Origin: a virus
Taxonomy: Duplodnaviria; Caudoviricetes
IMG/VR virus record: IMGVR_UViG_3300028048_000047
Location: 64,001 to 128,000 of that record
Reading direction: 5' to 3' (one strand)
DNA length: 64,000 nt
The notes beneath the pieces were generated by a model, which did not search any database, was not told the DNA's origin, and saw nothing but the letters and a program-made list of their open reading frames with translations. Numbering within the stretch: position 1 is the stretch's first letter; every line of letters begins with the position of its first letter. This document shows, one piece after another, positions 1 through 10,208 of this stretch. The position numbers and the translations under genes were made by a program.

Positions 1-1
1 A

Positions 2-175
2 CATAATTCTAATTGTGTAGGATATTACTACTTTAAATCAAATAGTAATAGGAATAAATCAAAATATAAATTTGGTACTATTCCTCATTTTACACACAAA
101 TACAAATGGAAAAGAACACATAGAGGTAAAAGAGGTCTTATCACAAATGGTTACTATAAAGGAAAACCACAATAA
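2..175 (+). CDS. 3' end of a basic protein truncated by the window edge
   Basis: Frame 2 open from base 2 to TAA at 173-175 (…RGLITNGYYKGKPQ*). Confidence 0.5.
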   Translation, partial: HNSNCVGYYYFKSNSNRNKSKYKFGTIPHFTHKYKWKRTHRGKRGLITNGYYKGKPQ

Positions 176-201
176 AAGATAAAAATTAGGAGGAAATTAT
201 A

Positions 202-999
202 ATGGTTTTTTATACTAAATTAGATTTACATAAAGAAATAAGGTTATATGGTGAAAAATTTAATTTGGATTTGGACGGTAAAACAATAAGAGAAGGTATA
301 AATATTATTGTTGAATCATGTCCTAAGTTACATTCAGATGAAGAATTAATAATTTTAACTAAGAATAACCTGAAAGCAATAGAAGAAGAATATGGATTTA
401 AAGCATTGAGGTTATTTTATTATGATACAATAAAACAAGATTTACTCCAATCTTTTACTGGGGAAGATGCACTTCAAAGGAAGTATTTTAAATTACTAAA
501 ACACTTGAAAGAGTTTCATAATACTAAAATAAAAGAATTGGAATTAACATTGGATGTGTACAGATATTATACATTATTAGAAAAAGTGTTCAATGAGGAA
601 TATGGTGAATTGAAATATTATGATAATAGGTTGTATAGTTTGATGAAATCAATACATATATGTTATTATGATGAACAGGTAATTGAATCTTTATATGATT
701 TTTTATTTTCTGAATTAAGTATGAGTGGAGATAAATATTATATTAAAAAGGATTTACATGATGTTGATGTTCTGAAAATGTTATATGAGCATGTTGCAGA
801 AGAAAATTTTGATAATAGTGTTGTGCATGGTGTGAGGTTGTTTGAGGATTATGATGGTTATGGTAATGATTATTTTCTTCATGATTATGAAGAGTCATGG
901 TATGATGAGAATGGAGTATATCATTGTAAAATGTGGGAAAAACCTTCATCAATTGAGGATTATGTAAAAATAGGGTTACCAAATCAAGATGGGGATTAA
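202..999 (+). CDS. Hypothetical protein
   Basis: 265-aa ORF with AGGAGG RBS. Confidence 0.8.
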   Translation: MVFYTKLDLHKEIRLYGEKFNLDLDGKTIREGINIIVESCPKLHSDEELIILTKNNLKAIEEEYGFKALRLFYYDTIKQDLLQSFTGEDALQRKYFKLLKHLKEFHNTKIKELELTLDVYRYYTLLEKVFNEEYGELKYYDNRLYSLMKSIHICYYDEQVIESLYDFLFSELSMSGDKYYIKKDLHDVDVLKMLYEHVAEENFDNSVVHGVRLFEDYDGYGNDYFLHDYEESWYDENGVYHCKMWEKPSSIEDYVKIGLPNQDGD

Positions 1000-1012
1000 C
1001 CATATTATTTTT

Positions 1013-1040
1013 TAGTAACATTTATATAGTAGTTTAGTCT
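1013..1040 (+). promoter_or_regulatory. Archaeal promoter (TAGTAA-NN-TTTATATA class)
   Basis: tagtaacaTTTATATAgt; TATA at 1021-1028. Confidence 0.65.
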
Positions 1041-1365
1041 ATATCATATATTATAGTATAGTTAAAGTTTAAGAATATTTTAAACAAAAATTGTACTTGT
1101 TAAATTTTTACTGACATATAGGAAGGTATAGTGAGAAATAAGAAGAAAATTTAATAAATAGTAATAGTTAATTGTTGGATAAATTTCTTTAAATTCATTG
1201 AAATGTATATTTAAGTCATCTAATAACAAAAGTTCATCTAAGTTCAACCTTTCGGTTTTTCGTTGTGATACAATTTTTTATTACTTGTTATTTTTTCTTC
1301 TTTTTTTTTCATATTTTTTCCTTCTTATTTGTGAATATGATTATATTTTTTTTTTAGAGATGGTT

Positions 1366-1992
1366 ATGTGTGATTCTTATACTGGTGGATTGTTAAATAT
1401 TTTGAATGGGAAAATGGGGGTTTCTGCTCCTCAGAATAGTGTTCCTGTGATGAATTTGATTAATGTTCATAATCCTAAGAGTTATTCTGAGTTGGAATAT
1501 TTAATTGAGTATCATTTTAAGTATGATTGTTGGTGTGGTATTAAATCTACTGGTACTGTTCGTGATTTTGGTGTTCGTTTGTATTATTCTCAGTTGGATT
1601 TTTTTGGGGAGTTCAAGTTTAGTTTGGATGAATGTATTCGTTGGGAGTATGATTTGTTTGTTCGGAATTCTTTAAATGGTTCTGTTATGGAGGATAAGGC
1701 TATTGATTTGTTGGGGAGATGTTTACCTTCTTGTTTTTGTGTGAGGCATTCTTCTGGTTTTGTTGATGAGTGTTTTTGTGTGGATGTTGAGGTTTTTTGT
1801 GATGGGGTTTTGGTTTGTGGGGTTCAAGTTAAGCCGTTTTCTTATGTTTTTATGGGTGATAATGTTAAGTTTAGAAATGTTGTTGGTAATGATGGTTTTG
1901 GTGTTCGTGTTTTTTATTTGTTTTATGATGATGATGGGTTTTTTATGAATTTGGATATTTTGTTGTGTGAGTTGTGTGTGGATTATTGGTAG
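1366..1992 (+). CDS. MjaI-like PD-(D/E)XK restriction endonuclease-family protein
   Basis: ECIxWxxDLxVxNSLNG…E, then D…VDV…GVQVKPxSY pattern; start likely 1360/1366 rather than 1198. Confidence 0.6.
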   Translation: MCDSYTGGLLNILNGKMGVSAPQNSVPVMNLINVHNPKSYSELEYLIEYHFKYDCWCGIKSTGTVRDFGVRLYYSQLDFFGEFKFSLDECIRWEYDLFVRNSLNGSVMEDKAIDLLGRCLPSCFCVRHSSGFVDECFCVDVEVFCDGVLVCGVQVKPFSYVFMGDNVKFRNVVGNDGFGVRVFYLFYDDDGFFMNLDILLCELCVDYW

Positions 1993-2024
1993 TTTTTTTG
2001 GGGGGTTTAACTACAATACTCATA

Positions 2025-2050
2025 GAAAGATTTATATAGTATTATAGACA
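2025..2050 (+). promoter_or_regulatory. Archaeal promoter
   Basis: gaaagaTTTATATAgtattatagac; TATA at 2031-2038. Confidence 0.65.
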
Positions 2051-2089
2051 TATAATATATTATGTTGATAATATTAGGAGTGAGTGTTT

Positions 2090-2176
2090 ATGATACTTGG
2101 AAATTTTTTATTTTTTAGTTTTGTTTTTATTTTGTGTTTGGTAAGTGTATGGTTTGGTTATAATTTTATGTACTAA
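2090..2176 (+). CDS. 28-aa hydrophobic peptide
   Basis: Own TATA box, AGGAGTG RBS; MILGNFLFFSFVFILCLVSVWFGYNFMY. Confidence 0.45.
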   Translation: MILGNFLFFSFVFILCLVSVWFGYNFMY

Positions 2177-2196
2177 CTATACTAATAAAATATAAA

Positions 2197-2249
2197 TTTA
2201 AAACGAAACATTTATATACTATAATTTACTAATAATATAAATGTAAGTC
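2197..2249 (+). promoter_or_regulatory. Archaeal promoter (TTTAAAACGAAA class)
   Basis: tttaaaacgaaacaTTTATATAc…tttactaataat…gtaagtc; near-duplicate at 57286. Confidence 0.7.
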
Positions 2250-2301
2250 CAAAAAAAATAACTTACAACACAAAAAAAATAATAAAGGAGATGAAAAACA
2301 C

Positions 2302-2868
2302 ATGGATATAATTGAAAAAGAAATGAGTGAATATCAAAAGAAAAAAGAAGAAAAAAGGAAACAATTCTTCAAAAAATGTAGTGATAAAATAAGAAAAGGA
2401 GAACTAATATACCAAGCATTAGCATTATACATAGCAAAAAGATATAACATAGACACAGATTACTTACCAAATGTAATCTATATCATATTAAATCATTACA
2501 TAGAAAATATAGAAGAAGACTTTGAAACATGGATACATAAAGAAAACAGTCCATTACTTAGACCTGCTGAACAACTACCAAAAATATTCCCTGAAATAGC
2601 AGTAATAACAACAAGTGAAGAACAAATAATCAAAATTGCAAATAATCTTTACAATTTAAACTTAAAATATTCCAATGAAGAATTCTGTGAGAGATATGTT
2701 TACTCATTAGAATTTGATTTTAATTCATTTACTCCAATTAATATAAATAAAGTAAAAGAATTAAAAGAAGAAATTCGTATACTAAAAAAATATGGTAACG
2801 AAACAAAAGAATTGGAAGAAAAAATTAAAAACTTTGGTTTAACCGAAGAACAAATAGAATTACTATAA
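2302..2868 (+). CDS. Hypothetical protein
   Basis: 188 aa, AGGAGA RBS, first gene after promoter. Confidence 0.8.
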   Translation: MDIIEKEMSEYQKKKEEKRKQFFKKCSDKIRKGELIYQALALYIAKRYNIDTDYLPNVIYIILNHYIENIEEDFETWIHKENSPLLRPAEQLPKIFPEIAVITTSEEQIIKIANNLYNLNLKYSNEEFCERYVYSLEFDFNSFTPININKVKELKEEIRILKKYGNETKELEEKIKNFGLTEEQIELL

Positions 2869-2882
2869 ACGAAGGGGATGTT

Positions 2883-3092
2883 ATGGATACTTATTGGAGT
2901 GTTAGTTATAATAAATGTATAAAATGTGGAAGATGTGTTCATGCTTGTCAAACAAAAAGCAGGTATAAACATTTACATGGTGGTAGAGATAAAAGACCTG
3001 AAACCTTTTCTGATGTTTTAGGATGTCATCATTGTGAAAAATACTGTAAAGATGTATGTTATTATGATGCAATCAAAATAGAAAGGTGGTGA
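2883..3092 (+). CDS. 4Fe-4S dicluster ferredoxin-like protein
   Basis: CIKCGRCVHAC and CHHCEKYCKDVC…AI motifs. Confidence 0.85.
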   Translation: MDTYWSVSYNKCIKCGRCVHACQTKSRYKHLHGGRDKRPETFSDVLGCHHCEKYCKDVCYYDAIKIERW

Positions 3093-3228
3093 AATTAAAA
3101 ATGACAGCCATAATGTTCACACAAAGAATTGATGAGGCTATTATTAATATTGCTTATGAATTAAAAAGAATGAATGATTTAAAAGAAAAAGAATTAGAAT
3201 TTAAAATGGATAAGAGGAGAGATGAATC

Positions 3229-3660
3229 ATGAATACTATTGAAAATTTTGCAGAAGAATTCCATATGTTAAATAAAAAAAGTAGTGATAAATTTAAAGAA
3301 CATTTATTACTTGAAGATAAAACAAGACAATCATTCATCAAATTAATAGAACAACTATGTAAAAAATACAATCTAAAAGTAAGGTATTCTCCATATCACA
3401 TAGATTTATCAAGTATTGATGAAAAATACACAGTACAATGTGGTGAAAGCGAGAAATATAATTACACAAGATATAATGAGGACTTCCAAGGGGAATTTGA
3501 TATTATATTAGTGGGTAATTTGAATGATTCTGAAATGGATGAAATTTTTAAAGTAACCAAAAACCAAAAATTAAAAAAAGAGGACGATGAAAATGGGTTT
3601 TGCTCATATTATATTTTAAGTTTTGATTTTTATGAGGAATATGGTGTGGATTATCAATAA
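3229..3660 (+). CDS. Hypothetical protein
   Basis: ORF with GAGGAG RBS. Confidence 0.7.
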   Translation: MNTIENFAEEFHMLNKKSSDKFKEHLLLEDKTRQSFIKLIEQLCKKYNLKVRYSPYHIDLSSIDEKYTVQCGESEKYNYTRYNEDFQGEFDIILVGNLNDSEMDEIFKVTKNQKLKKEDDENGFCSYYILSFDFYEEYGVDYQ

Positions 3661-3685
3661 TTGAAAAGTTAAGGAGTGGAATATT

Positions 3686-4195
3686 ATGGCTAATATTCAT
3701 TATTTTAGGGAAGAAGAGATTGATGAAGAGGATAAATTTTTAACTGTGGGGGGTTTAATAGATATTTTAAAAGATGTTAATCCTCAAACAAGAGTATTTA
3801 TTAGAAATGTTGATGAATGGGGGGAAAAACCTGTGATTAATAATTCAACGGATTCTTGGGAATTATCTGATGGGTTGATTACTGATGTCAAACGAGCTAA
3901 TATCAATCAAGTAACGAATAAAGAGGAATATATTATTATTCAAGGTTTGATTAATAAGAGAGGTTTTGTTACATTAGACCATGAGCCATATGAGGAAATA
4001 ATTTATCACCATACATGGTTGGATAAGTGTTTAAATAAGTTAAATCCAATAACTTCTATGAAGCAGTTAAAGAGTAAGTTTTTTAAAGGTGAAAAAAATT
4101 GTGGTAATTGTAATTCATGGAATAGTAATGTTTGTGATAAGTCAAAGGTTAAAGTAGATATTGATGAAGTTTGTGAGTTATGGGAGTTGAATTAA
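3686..4195 (+). CDS. Hypothetical protein with C-terminal 4-Cys module
   Basis: CGNC…C…C at C-terminus; AGGAG RBS. Confidence 0.7.
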   Translation: MANIHYFREEEIDEEDKFLTVGGLIDILKDVNPQTRVFIRNVDEWGEKPVINNSTDSWELSDGLITDVKRANINQVTNKEEYIIIQGLINKRGFVTLDHEPYEEIIYHHTWLDKCLNKLNPITSMKQLKSKFFKGEKNCGNCNSWNSNVCDKSKVKVDIDEVCELWELN

Positions 4196-4197
4196 AA

Positions 4198-4353
4198 ATG
4201 ATTAAGATATGTGGTAATTGTAATTGGTATAAATTTAAGAATAATCCTGCAAGTAAAGGGGGTTGTATTAATAAACTGAGTGGAGATAATACTAAACATA
4301 ATTATTCTCCATTATCTGAGGTTTGTGATAGATTTGAAGAAAAAGAGATGTGA
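4198..4353 (+). CDS. Small 4-Cys protein (51 aa; not in ORF track)
   Basis: MIKICGNCNWY…GGC…EVCDRF. Confidence 0.6.
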   Translation: MIKICGNCNWYKFKNNPASKGGCINKLSGDNTKHNYSPLSEVCDRFEEKEM

Positions 4354-4928
4354 TTATGGAGTTTTTAAAGGATAATTTTGAGTATTATGTTGGGAATAGT
4401 TACTATTCCTATGACACTTTTAAAGAACAGTTAAATCTTGTTAAAGAGAAGTTGATGACTTCTAATTGTATTTTTTTAACTGTTGAAGAAAGAACATTTG
4501 GTAAATTGGAACGGATTAGTTTTCCAATTTCTTATGTTGACGATGAATATATTGGAGATGGTGTGAAATTTTATAATATTGATGGTGAGGAAGTTTTCAG
4601 ATATTATTATTGTCGAAGTTTAGGTTTTTATTATAATCTTTTGCAAGTTGAGGAGTATTGTCTTATTAAACAAGAGGAAGTTGGTTATGATGAAGGTTGG
4701 TTAAAGTGGTTAGTTGATTATGCTTATGATGATTATTATGGTAAAGCACAGAATTGGTTTGGTACAAGTAGTGATTTAGATAGTTTTTGTAATAAATTAT
4801 ATATGTCAAAGAATTCACGGTTGAAGTTAGAAGAATTAGTAATTCGTAAGAAATTAGGTAATTTTAAAGAAAAATATGGTTATGAAAATGATATTTTAAA
4901 ACAAAAATTAAAAGAAGTATCTTTGTAA
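4350..4928 (+). CDS. Hypothetical protein
   Basis: 192-aa ORF coupled to upstream stop. Confidence 0.7.
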   Translation: MIMEFLKDNFEYYVGNSYYSYDTFKEQLNLVKEKLMTSNCIFLTVEERTFGKLERISFPISYVDDEYIGDGVKFYNIDGEEVFRYYYCRSLGFYYNLLQVEEYCLIKQEEVGYDEGWLKWLVDYAYDDYYGKAQNWFGTSSDLDSFCNKLYMSKNSRLKLEELVIRKKLGNFKEKYGYENDILKQKLKEVSL

Positions 4929-5519
4929 TGTATATGATTCAATTAATTATATTGTTTTTATGTGACTTATTTGTTTAAATGAAAAATATTGTTGATTATT
5001 TGGATAGTTATGCTATTAATACTGTTTTTACGATTAGGTATTTTTGATAATAATGATAATAAAATATATGAGGTGAAAAGGTATGATTAACTATGATTAT
5101 ATGTGTTTTAAAAACACAGTAAAAAAGAATCCTATTCCGTTTATGCAAAGTATAGCTGAAATGGTATTTTGGGACTGGTTAAATGAAGAAACAAGTAAAC
5201 TTATGATTACTCATGGAATGAGCCAATATGAAGCATTATATTGTATAGTAAAAAATTGTAGGTGATTGATAATGAATAAAAAAACAGAAGAATATTATAT
5301 ATTAAGATTAAACAATATATTATTATACATGGAAAATAATAATTATTATGACAAACCATTTGTGATAGAAGTAGTACATACAAAACAAGATATATATAAT
5401 AATGGTTTGACAGAAAAAAATTTAAAAAGAATAAAAGAATTAAATAATTATTTCACAAATAATATATTTAATCAAAAACAAAAACAACAAATGGAGAATA
5501 TGTGGAGTAATTATAAAAA

Positions 5520-6182
5520 ATGAATTACCTTGAAAATAAATACGGAAAATATATTGTAACGGAGAATAATGAAAAAATATATATTAATCAAAAATATGGT
5601 GAAAATGCTCCTTTATATGTTATTTTATACTATGAATATCCATATATTTTAAAGAATATGATAAATGATGAATTTTATTTAATTCAAGATAAAGTTTATG
5701 ATATTGTTAAAGAAATTAAAAAAAAAGATATAGTTATTGGTTTTACTGCATCTAATTATTATGATGGAAAATTAATAGTTGAATTAGTATATATACTTAG
5801 TGAATATAGGGGAAAATCAATTTTTACGAAAGAATTATCTCTTTTGGAAGTTTATTTTGGTAATATTATTTGTTTGAGTTTACCTAATCGTTTTGCAATT
5901 GAATCTTTGCTAAAAGGATTATATGCTCATAAAATTAATGAGTATCTTGTCAGAACAAGGATTCCATTAGTTTTTCAACACCCTAAAAGTGAAGATGTAT
6001 TATTATTTTCACGAATATATGATTTACGAATTTGTGCAATTGTTGATTTGGATAATTGTATTGTTAGTCCATTGATTGGTGTTGATATTTTTTATTTTGA
6101 TGCAAGTTCTAAAAGAGATTGTTTTTTGAATAAGTATTATTTTGAAAATTTAAGAAGAATATATGATGTTAGTTTGAAGTAA
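5520..6182 (+). CDS. Hypothetical protein, possible divergent GNAT fold
   Basis: VYILSEYRGKSIF resembles GNAT motif A. Confidence 0.45.
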   Translation: MNYLENKYGKYIVTENNEKIYINQKYGENAPLYVILYYEYPYILKNMINDEFYLIQDKVYDIVKEIKKKDIVIGFTASNYYDGKLIVELVYILSEYRGKSIFTKELSLLEVYFGNIICLSLPNRFAIESLLKGLYAHKINEYLVRTRIPLVFQHPKSEDVLLFSRIYDLRICAIVDLDNCIVSPLIGVDIFYFDASSKRDCFLNKYYFENLRRIYDVSLK

Positions 6183-6205
6183 CATTTAAATACTATTATA
6201 GTTAT
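6177..6205 (+). promoter_or_regulatory. Archaeal promoter
   Basis: aagtaacaTTTAAATActattatagttat. Confidence 0.6.
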
Positions 6206-6268
6206 ATTATGACATACACTTTAAACTAAATAAAAAAAAGAATATTGAAAAAAAGGTGGAGAAATCAA

Positions 6269-6676
6269 ATGAGAAATTACAGTTCAATACAAGTAAGTGG
6301 AGAAACAAAAAGTAGACTAAAAGCATTAGCATTAACTCCTAATGAAAGTTTTGAAAATATTATATTAAGATTATTAGACGCTAAACTAAATGGAAGAGAA
6401 ATAAAATATCAAATAAGAAACTTAGACTCTGATTGTAACATTAAAGCAAGTGTTGATTGGGGATTAGAAAAAGAAAATATTTTATTCATAGATAAAGATG
6501 GAGATAGGAAATTTGAAGTTCCACAATACACATTTGACCAAGAACATTTTCAAGAAAAATGGAATAAATTCATGGAAGATATAAACAGTTTAGAAAATCT
6601 TGTAAATATTCTTGCAATATTGGAATATGGTGAAGAAATTCGAGCAGGAGATATAATACTACAAAGAATAAATTAA
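6269..6676 (+). CDS. Ribbon-helix-helix (archaeal antitoxin-like) DNA-binding protein
   Basis: SSIQVSGETKSRLKAL…ESFENIILRLLD. Confidence 0.6.
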   Translation: MRNYSSIQVSGETKSRLKALALTPNESFENIILRLLDAKLNGREIKYQIRNLDSDCNIKASVDWGLEKENILFIDKDGDRKFEVPQYTFDQEHFQEKWNKFMEDINSLENLVNILAILEYGEEIRAGDIILQRIN

Positions 6677-7102
6677 AACAAAATAAAAATACAAATACAC
6701 TAACCATTATAAATTATAACTATCTCTCTTTTTTTATTATTTTTTGGTAAGAGTGTATAATGAAGTGATAAAAGATATCAATAATCATTGTAATCTTTTT
6801 TTTACTTCAAAAAAAAAGTTTTAAAAAAATCAACTATTTCTAAAAAAAATTAATAAAAATGTGAATCTATTTTTTTTTACAAGAAAAAAGAAAATCTTCA
6901 CCACTTCTTTTTATTTTTCAAAAAATAAATAAAATTGAATTAAAAAAAATTTTATTGTACTTTTTTTCTCTCATTACTATTCCAAAAAAATAAGAAGATG
7001 AGAAGATTCTAAAAATTTTTTTTTGTTTTAAAAAAAAATCACTAATGAAAAATTAAAAAAAAATATTTTTTTAAAAAAACTTAAAAAAGGAGATGAATAG
7101 TT

Positions 7103-7447
7103 ATGAGCTTACAATCATATAAACCATATTCTCGATTAGTATCAATAATATCAGGATTAATTATTATAATTGCAGGATTAGATGCAAGTCAAGTAATACA
7201 TATCTTTCCAGAATATGCAAGTCAAATAAACACAATATTATTTGTAGCAGGATTAATAGCACCTGTAATAGCACAAGAAAAAAGAGTAGTCCGTGCAGAA
7301 GACATAATTAAAGAAGATTATGAAGGCTCAACAGATTCCGAAGATATTACTGTGAATATAACTCTTGATGGTGAAGATATTCTTGATGATTCTGATGAGG
7401 AATTCATAGATGAGTTAGATGCTGAATTAGATGAAAGTGATGCTTAA
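7103..7447 (+). CDS. Putative holin (2 TM segments, acidic tail)
   Basis: Two hydrophobic segments then D/E-rich C-terminus; AGGAGA RBS. Confidence 0.5.
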   Translation: MSLQSYKPYSRLVSIISGLIIIIAGLDASQVIHIFPEYASQINTILFVAGLIAPVIAQEKRVVRAEDIIKEDYEGSTDSEDITVNITLDGEDILDDSDEEFIDELDAELDESDA

Positions 7448-7803
7448 TGAGTGCTGAAAGTCATCATGAACATGAATATTGTATTAATGAATCAAGATTA
7501 ACTGCAATTGAAACAAAAATGAAGCACAAAAGGTATGAGTTAAATGATTTGCATGAAAAATTAACAGAACAAGCAAACCATATGGATGAACTTGTACAAG
7601 AAGTAACTAAATTAGCAACAATTTTACAAGAAACCCAAAGTACACGGAATGAACATGGGAAAAAAATTGATAAATTAGAAACACAAGTTACTCAATTAAA
7701 TACAACAATGAATACCTTGAAGTGGATTATAACAATTTCAGTAGCATTGTTTGGAGGAGTAATCGTATTCTTGATAACAAATTTAATACAATTAATACAC
7801 TAA
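7447..7803 (+). CDS. Coiled-coil protein with C-terminal TM helix (XhlA/holin-associated type)
   Basis: Heptads then KWIITISVALFGGVIVFLI; TAATG overlap with upstream gene. Confidence 0.55.
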   Translation: MSAESHHEHEYCINESRLTAIETKMKHKRYELNDLHEKLTEQANHMDELVQEVTKLATILQETQSTRNEHGKKIDKLETQVTQLNTTMNTLKWIITISVALFGGVIVFLITNLIQLIH

Positions 7804-7864
7804 AAAAATACAATAATTTTTTTAGTGTAAAAAACTATATTTTTTTAGAGGAGGTAAAAAAATA

Positions 7865-8215
7865 ATGTATACTTTAAAAACAAAGCACAGAATATATGCT
7901 TCACATTACCTTAAAGACCAAGGGGGTAAATGTGAAAAACTTCATGGACATCAATATGAAATAATATTAACAATTCAAAAAGAAGAATTGGATTATAAAA
8001 ACATGATTATTGATACATATGAAGTAGAATCTATTTTTAATAATTTTATAGGCGTAGACCATTTACATTTAAATGATTTCATGGATACTGAAAATCCAAC
8101 AATGGAATTTATGAGTAAATACTTTTATGAACATTTAAAAAAAGAAGTAGATGGTTTAATTAGAGTTACTGTTTTTGAAACTCCTGAGGCAAGTGTTACA
8201 TATGAAAGTCAATGA
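7865..8215 (+). CDS. queD: 6-carboxy-5,6,7,8-tetrahydropterin synthase
   Basis: ASH, CxxLHGHxY, PTxE, ETP motifs. Confidence 0.92.
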   Translation: MYTLKTKHRIYASHYLKDQGGKCEKLHGHQYEIILTIQKEELDYKNMIIDTYEVESIFNNFIGVDHLHLNDFMDTENPTMEFMSKYFYEHLKKEVDGLIRVTVFETPEASVTYESQ

Positions 8216-8795
8216 AATATTTTCCTCATTTCAAGGAGAAGGAGTTTATTGTGGAGTTCCTGCAACATTTCTCCGTTTAAGTGGATGTAACTTAAATTGT
8301 GAATTCTGCGACACAGAATTTAATGAATACAAAGAAATAAGTGTGGAATTAGTCAAAGAAATCATACTTCAACATATGAAAAATCATAATACAAAACTAT
8401 TAGTAATAACTGGTGGAGAACCATTATTACAATACGAAGAATTAAAAGAATTGGTGGAATCTTTAAATTGTAATATTCAAATAGAAACAAATGGAAGTAT
8501 ATTAAGAATACCTTTACAAAATGTTTCATATGAAATAAGTCCAAAAAAAGACATGGAAAAAATATTTGAATTCTACAAAGATTACTCCAAAACTTATTTT
8601 AAATTTATAATAGAAGATGGTTTTGACATACATTTAATAAAACAATTACTAAAAAAATATAATTACACTAAAACAGTATGGTTACAACCACAATATACCA
8701 ATGCTATAAAAATAACATCATTAATTTTAAGTAAAAATTTACCATTTGATTACAGAATAAGTGGACAATTACATAAATATTTACATCAAATGTGA
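8202..8795 (+). CDS. queE: 7-carboxy-7-deazaguanine synthase (radical SAM)
   Basis: EIFxSxQGEG, RLSGCNLNCEFCDT, ITGGEPLLQ, IETNG, QLHK. Confidence 0.93.
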   Translation: MKVNEIFSSFQGEGVYCGVPATFLRLSGCNLNCEFCDTEFNEYKEISVELVKEIILQHMKNHNTKLLVITGGEPLLQYEELKELVESLNCNIQIETNGSILRIPLQNVSYEISPKKDMEKIFEFYKDYSKTYFKFIIEDGFDIHLIKQLLKKYNYTKTVWLQPQYTNAIKITSLILSKNLPFDYRISGQLHKYLHQM

Positions 8796-8833
8796 TATTG
8801 TTTAAAAATAATAATAAACTTTTAGTGATATAA

Positions 8834-9577
8834 ATGAAATTATTTAATGATGATTGTTTGAGTATATTACCAAAATTGGAGAGTAATAGTGTTGATTGTA
8901 TAGTAACTTCTCCACCTTACTGGAAAGGATATGAATATGAAGCATACTTTAATAGTTATGCACAATATTTAGATTGGTGTAAAAAGTGGTTAGAGGAATG
9001 TAAAAGAGTATTATCTCCAAATGGAACATTTTATTTGAATGTAATTAATGATAGTGAAATCACTATCAGAGCATTTGAATTAATGGAAATTGCAACAAGA
9101 GAATTAATGTTTAAATTACATGATACAATTATATGGTACAGATATAACCAACAACCTGCAAATACAACAAGACAATTGACTAATCAATGTGAATATGTGT
9201 TCATGTTTAGACATACATCAGCAAACATAGATTTACATAAAAAAGAAGCATATTCCCATAATCCTGACATATTCAAAACAAAAAATGTAGGTAATGTGTG
9301 GGAGATACCTTTTAATAAAGGGGATAAAATTAGTTTCGGTAAAAAAGAAACTAAATCTAAATGGGGACATAGTGGATTTCCAGTAGCACTCCCTGAAACT
9401 TGTATTTTATTATCTACTGAAAAAGGAGATACAGTACTTGATTGTTTCATGGGTAGTGGTACAACAGGGGTTGCTTGTTATAATACTGGAAGAAAGTTCA
9501 TTGGGATTGAATTAAATAAAGAAATCTTTGAGATTGCACAGAAAAGATGTGATGAGCATCAAACTAAGTTGATGTAA
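8834..9577 (+). CDS. Beta-class N4-cytosine/N6-adenine DNA methyltransferase
   Basis: VTSPPY (motif IV) N-terminal; VLDCFMGSGTTG (motif I) C-terminal. Confidence 0.92.
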   Translation: MKLFNDDCLSILPKLESNSVDCIVTSPPYWKGYEYEAYFNSYAQYLDWCKKWLEECKRVLSPNGTFYLNVINDSEITIRAFELMEIATRELMFKLHDTIIWYRYNQQPANTTRQLTNQCEYVFMFRHTSANIDLHKKEAYSHNPDIFKTKNVGNVWEIPFNKGDKISFGKKETKSKWGHSGFPVALPETCILLSTEKGDTVLDCFMGSGTTGVACYNTGRKFIGIELNKEIFEIAQKRCDEHQTKLM

Positions 9578-9617
9578 GTGAGTATTGATTTTTATAAAAA
9601 AATTGGAGTTGATTTTA

Positions 9618-10184
9618 ATGGAATTTGAAGATATTAATTTAAGTGATATTGTGCCTTCGGAATATAATCCGCGGAGGATAAGTGATGCAGAATTTAAAAG
9701 TTTGAGTAAAAGTATTGAGGAGTTTGGTCTTGTAGACCCTATTATTATTAATTTAAATAATAATAAAATCATTGGAGGACATCAGAGATATGATGTGCTT
9801 ATGAACGAACATATAAATAATAATGATAAATATAATAATTTAAAGTTAATTCGTTTAGGGGATATTGGATGGGTATTCTCAGAAGATAGTTTAATTGTTA
9901 AAGATGAATCTCATGAGAAGGCTTTGAATATTGCATTGAATAAAATTAGTGGGTCATGGGATAATGAAAAACTACAAGATTTATTTACAGATTTAGAAAT
10001 GAACGATTTTAATACAACTTTAACAGGATTTAATGATACTGAAATAACTAATTTATCATTTGAACAGAATCTTGATTTTGATATGGATTTTGATTTATCT
10101 GATGATGATATGGCAGATGATTCCCAAGAGTCTGCTCCAAAGTATGTTACATGCCCTTATTGTAATGAAGAATTTACTATTTAA
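9618..10184 (+). CDS. ParB/Srx N-terminal-domain protein with C-terminal Cys motif (copy 1)
   Basis: YNPR, SIEEFG.VDPII, IIGGHQR, LNKISGSWD, CPYC. Confidence 0.85.
   Translation: MEFEDINLSDIVPSEYNPRRISDAEFKSLSKSIEEFGLVDPIIINLNNNKIIGGHQRYDVLMNEHINNNDKYNNLKLIRLGDIGWVFSEDSLIVKDESHEKALNIALNKISGSWDNEKLQDLFTDLEMNDFNTTLTGFNDTEITNLSFEQNLDFDMDFDLSDDDMADDSQESAPKYVTCPYCNEEFTI
9898..9983 (+). repeat. 86-bp perfect direct repeat, copy 1 (in ParB-like gene 1)
   Basis: Identical to 12613-12698. Confidence 0.9.
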
Positions 10185-10208
10185 TTTTTGTTAAATATTA
10201 GGATATTT

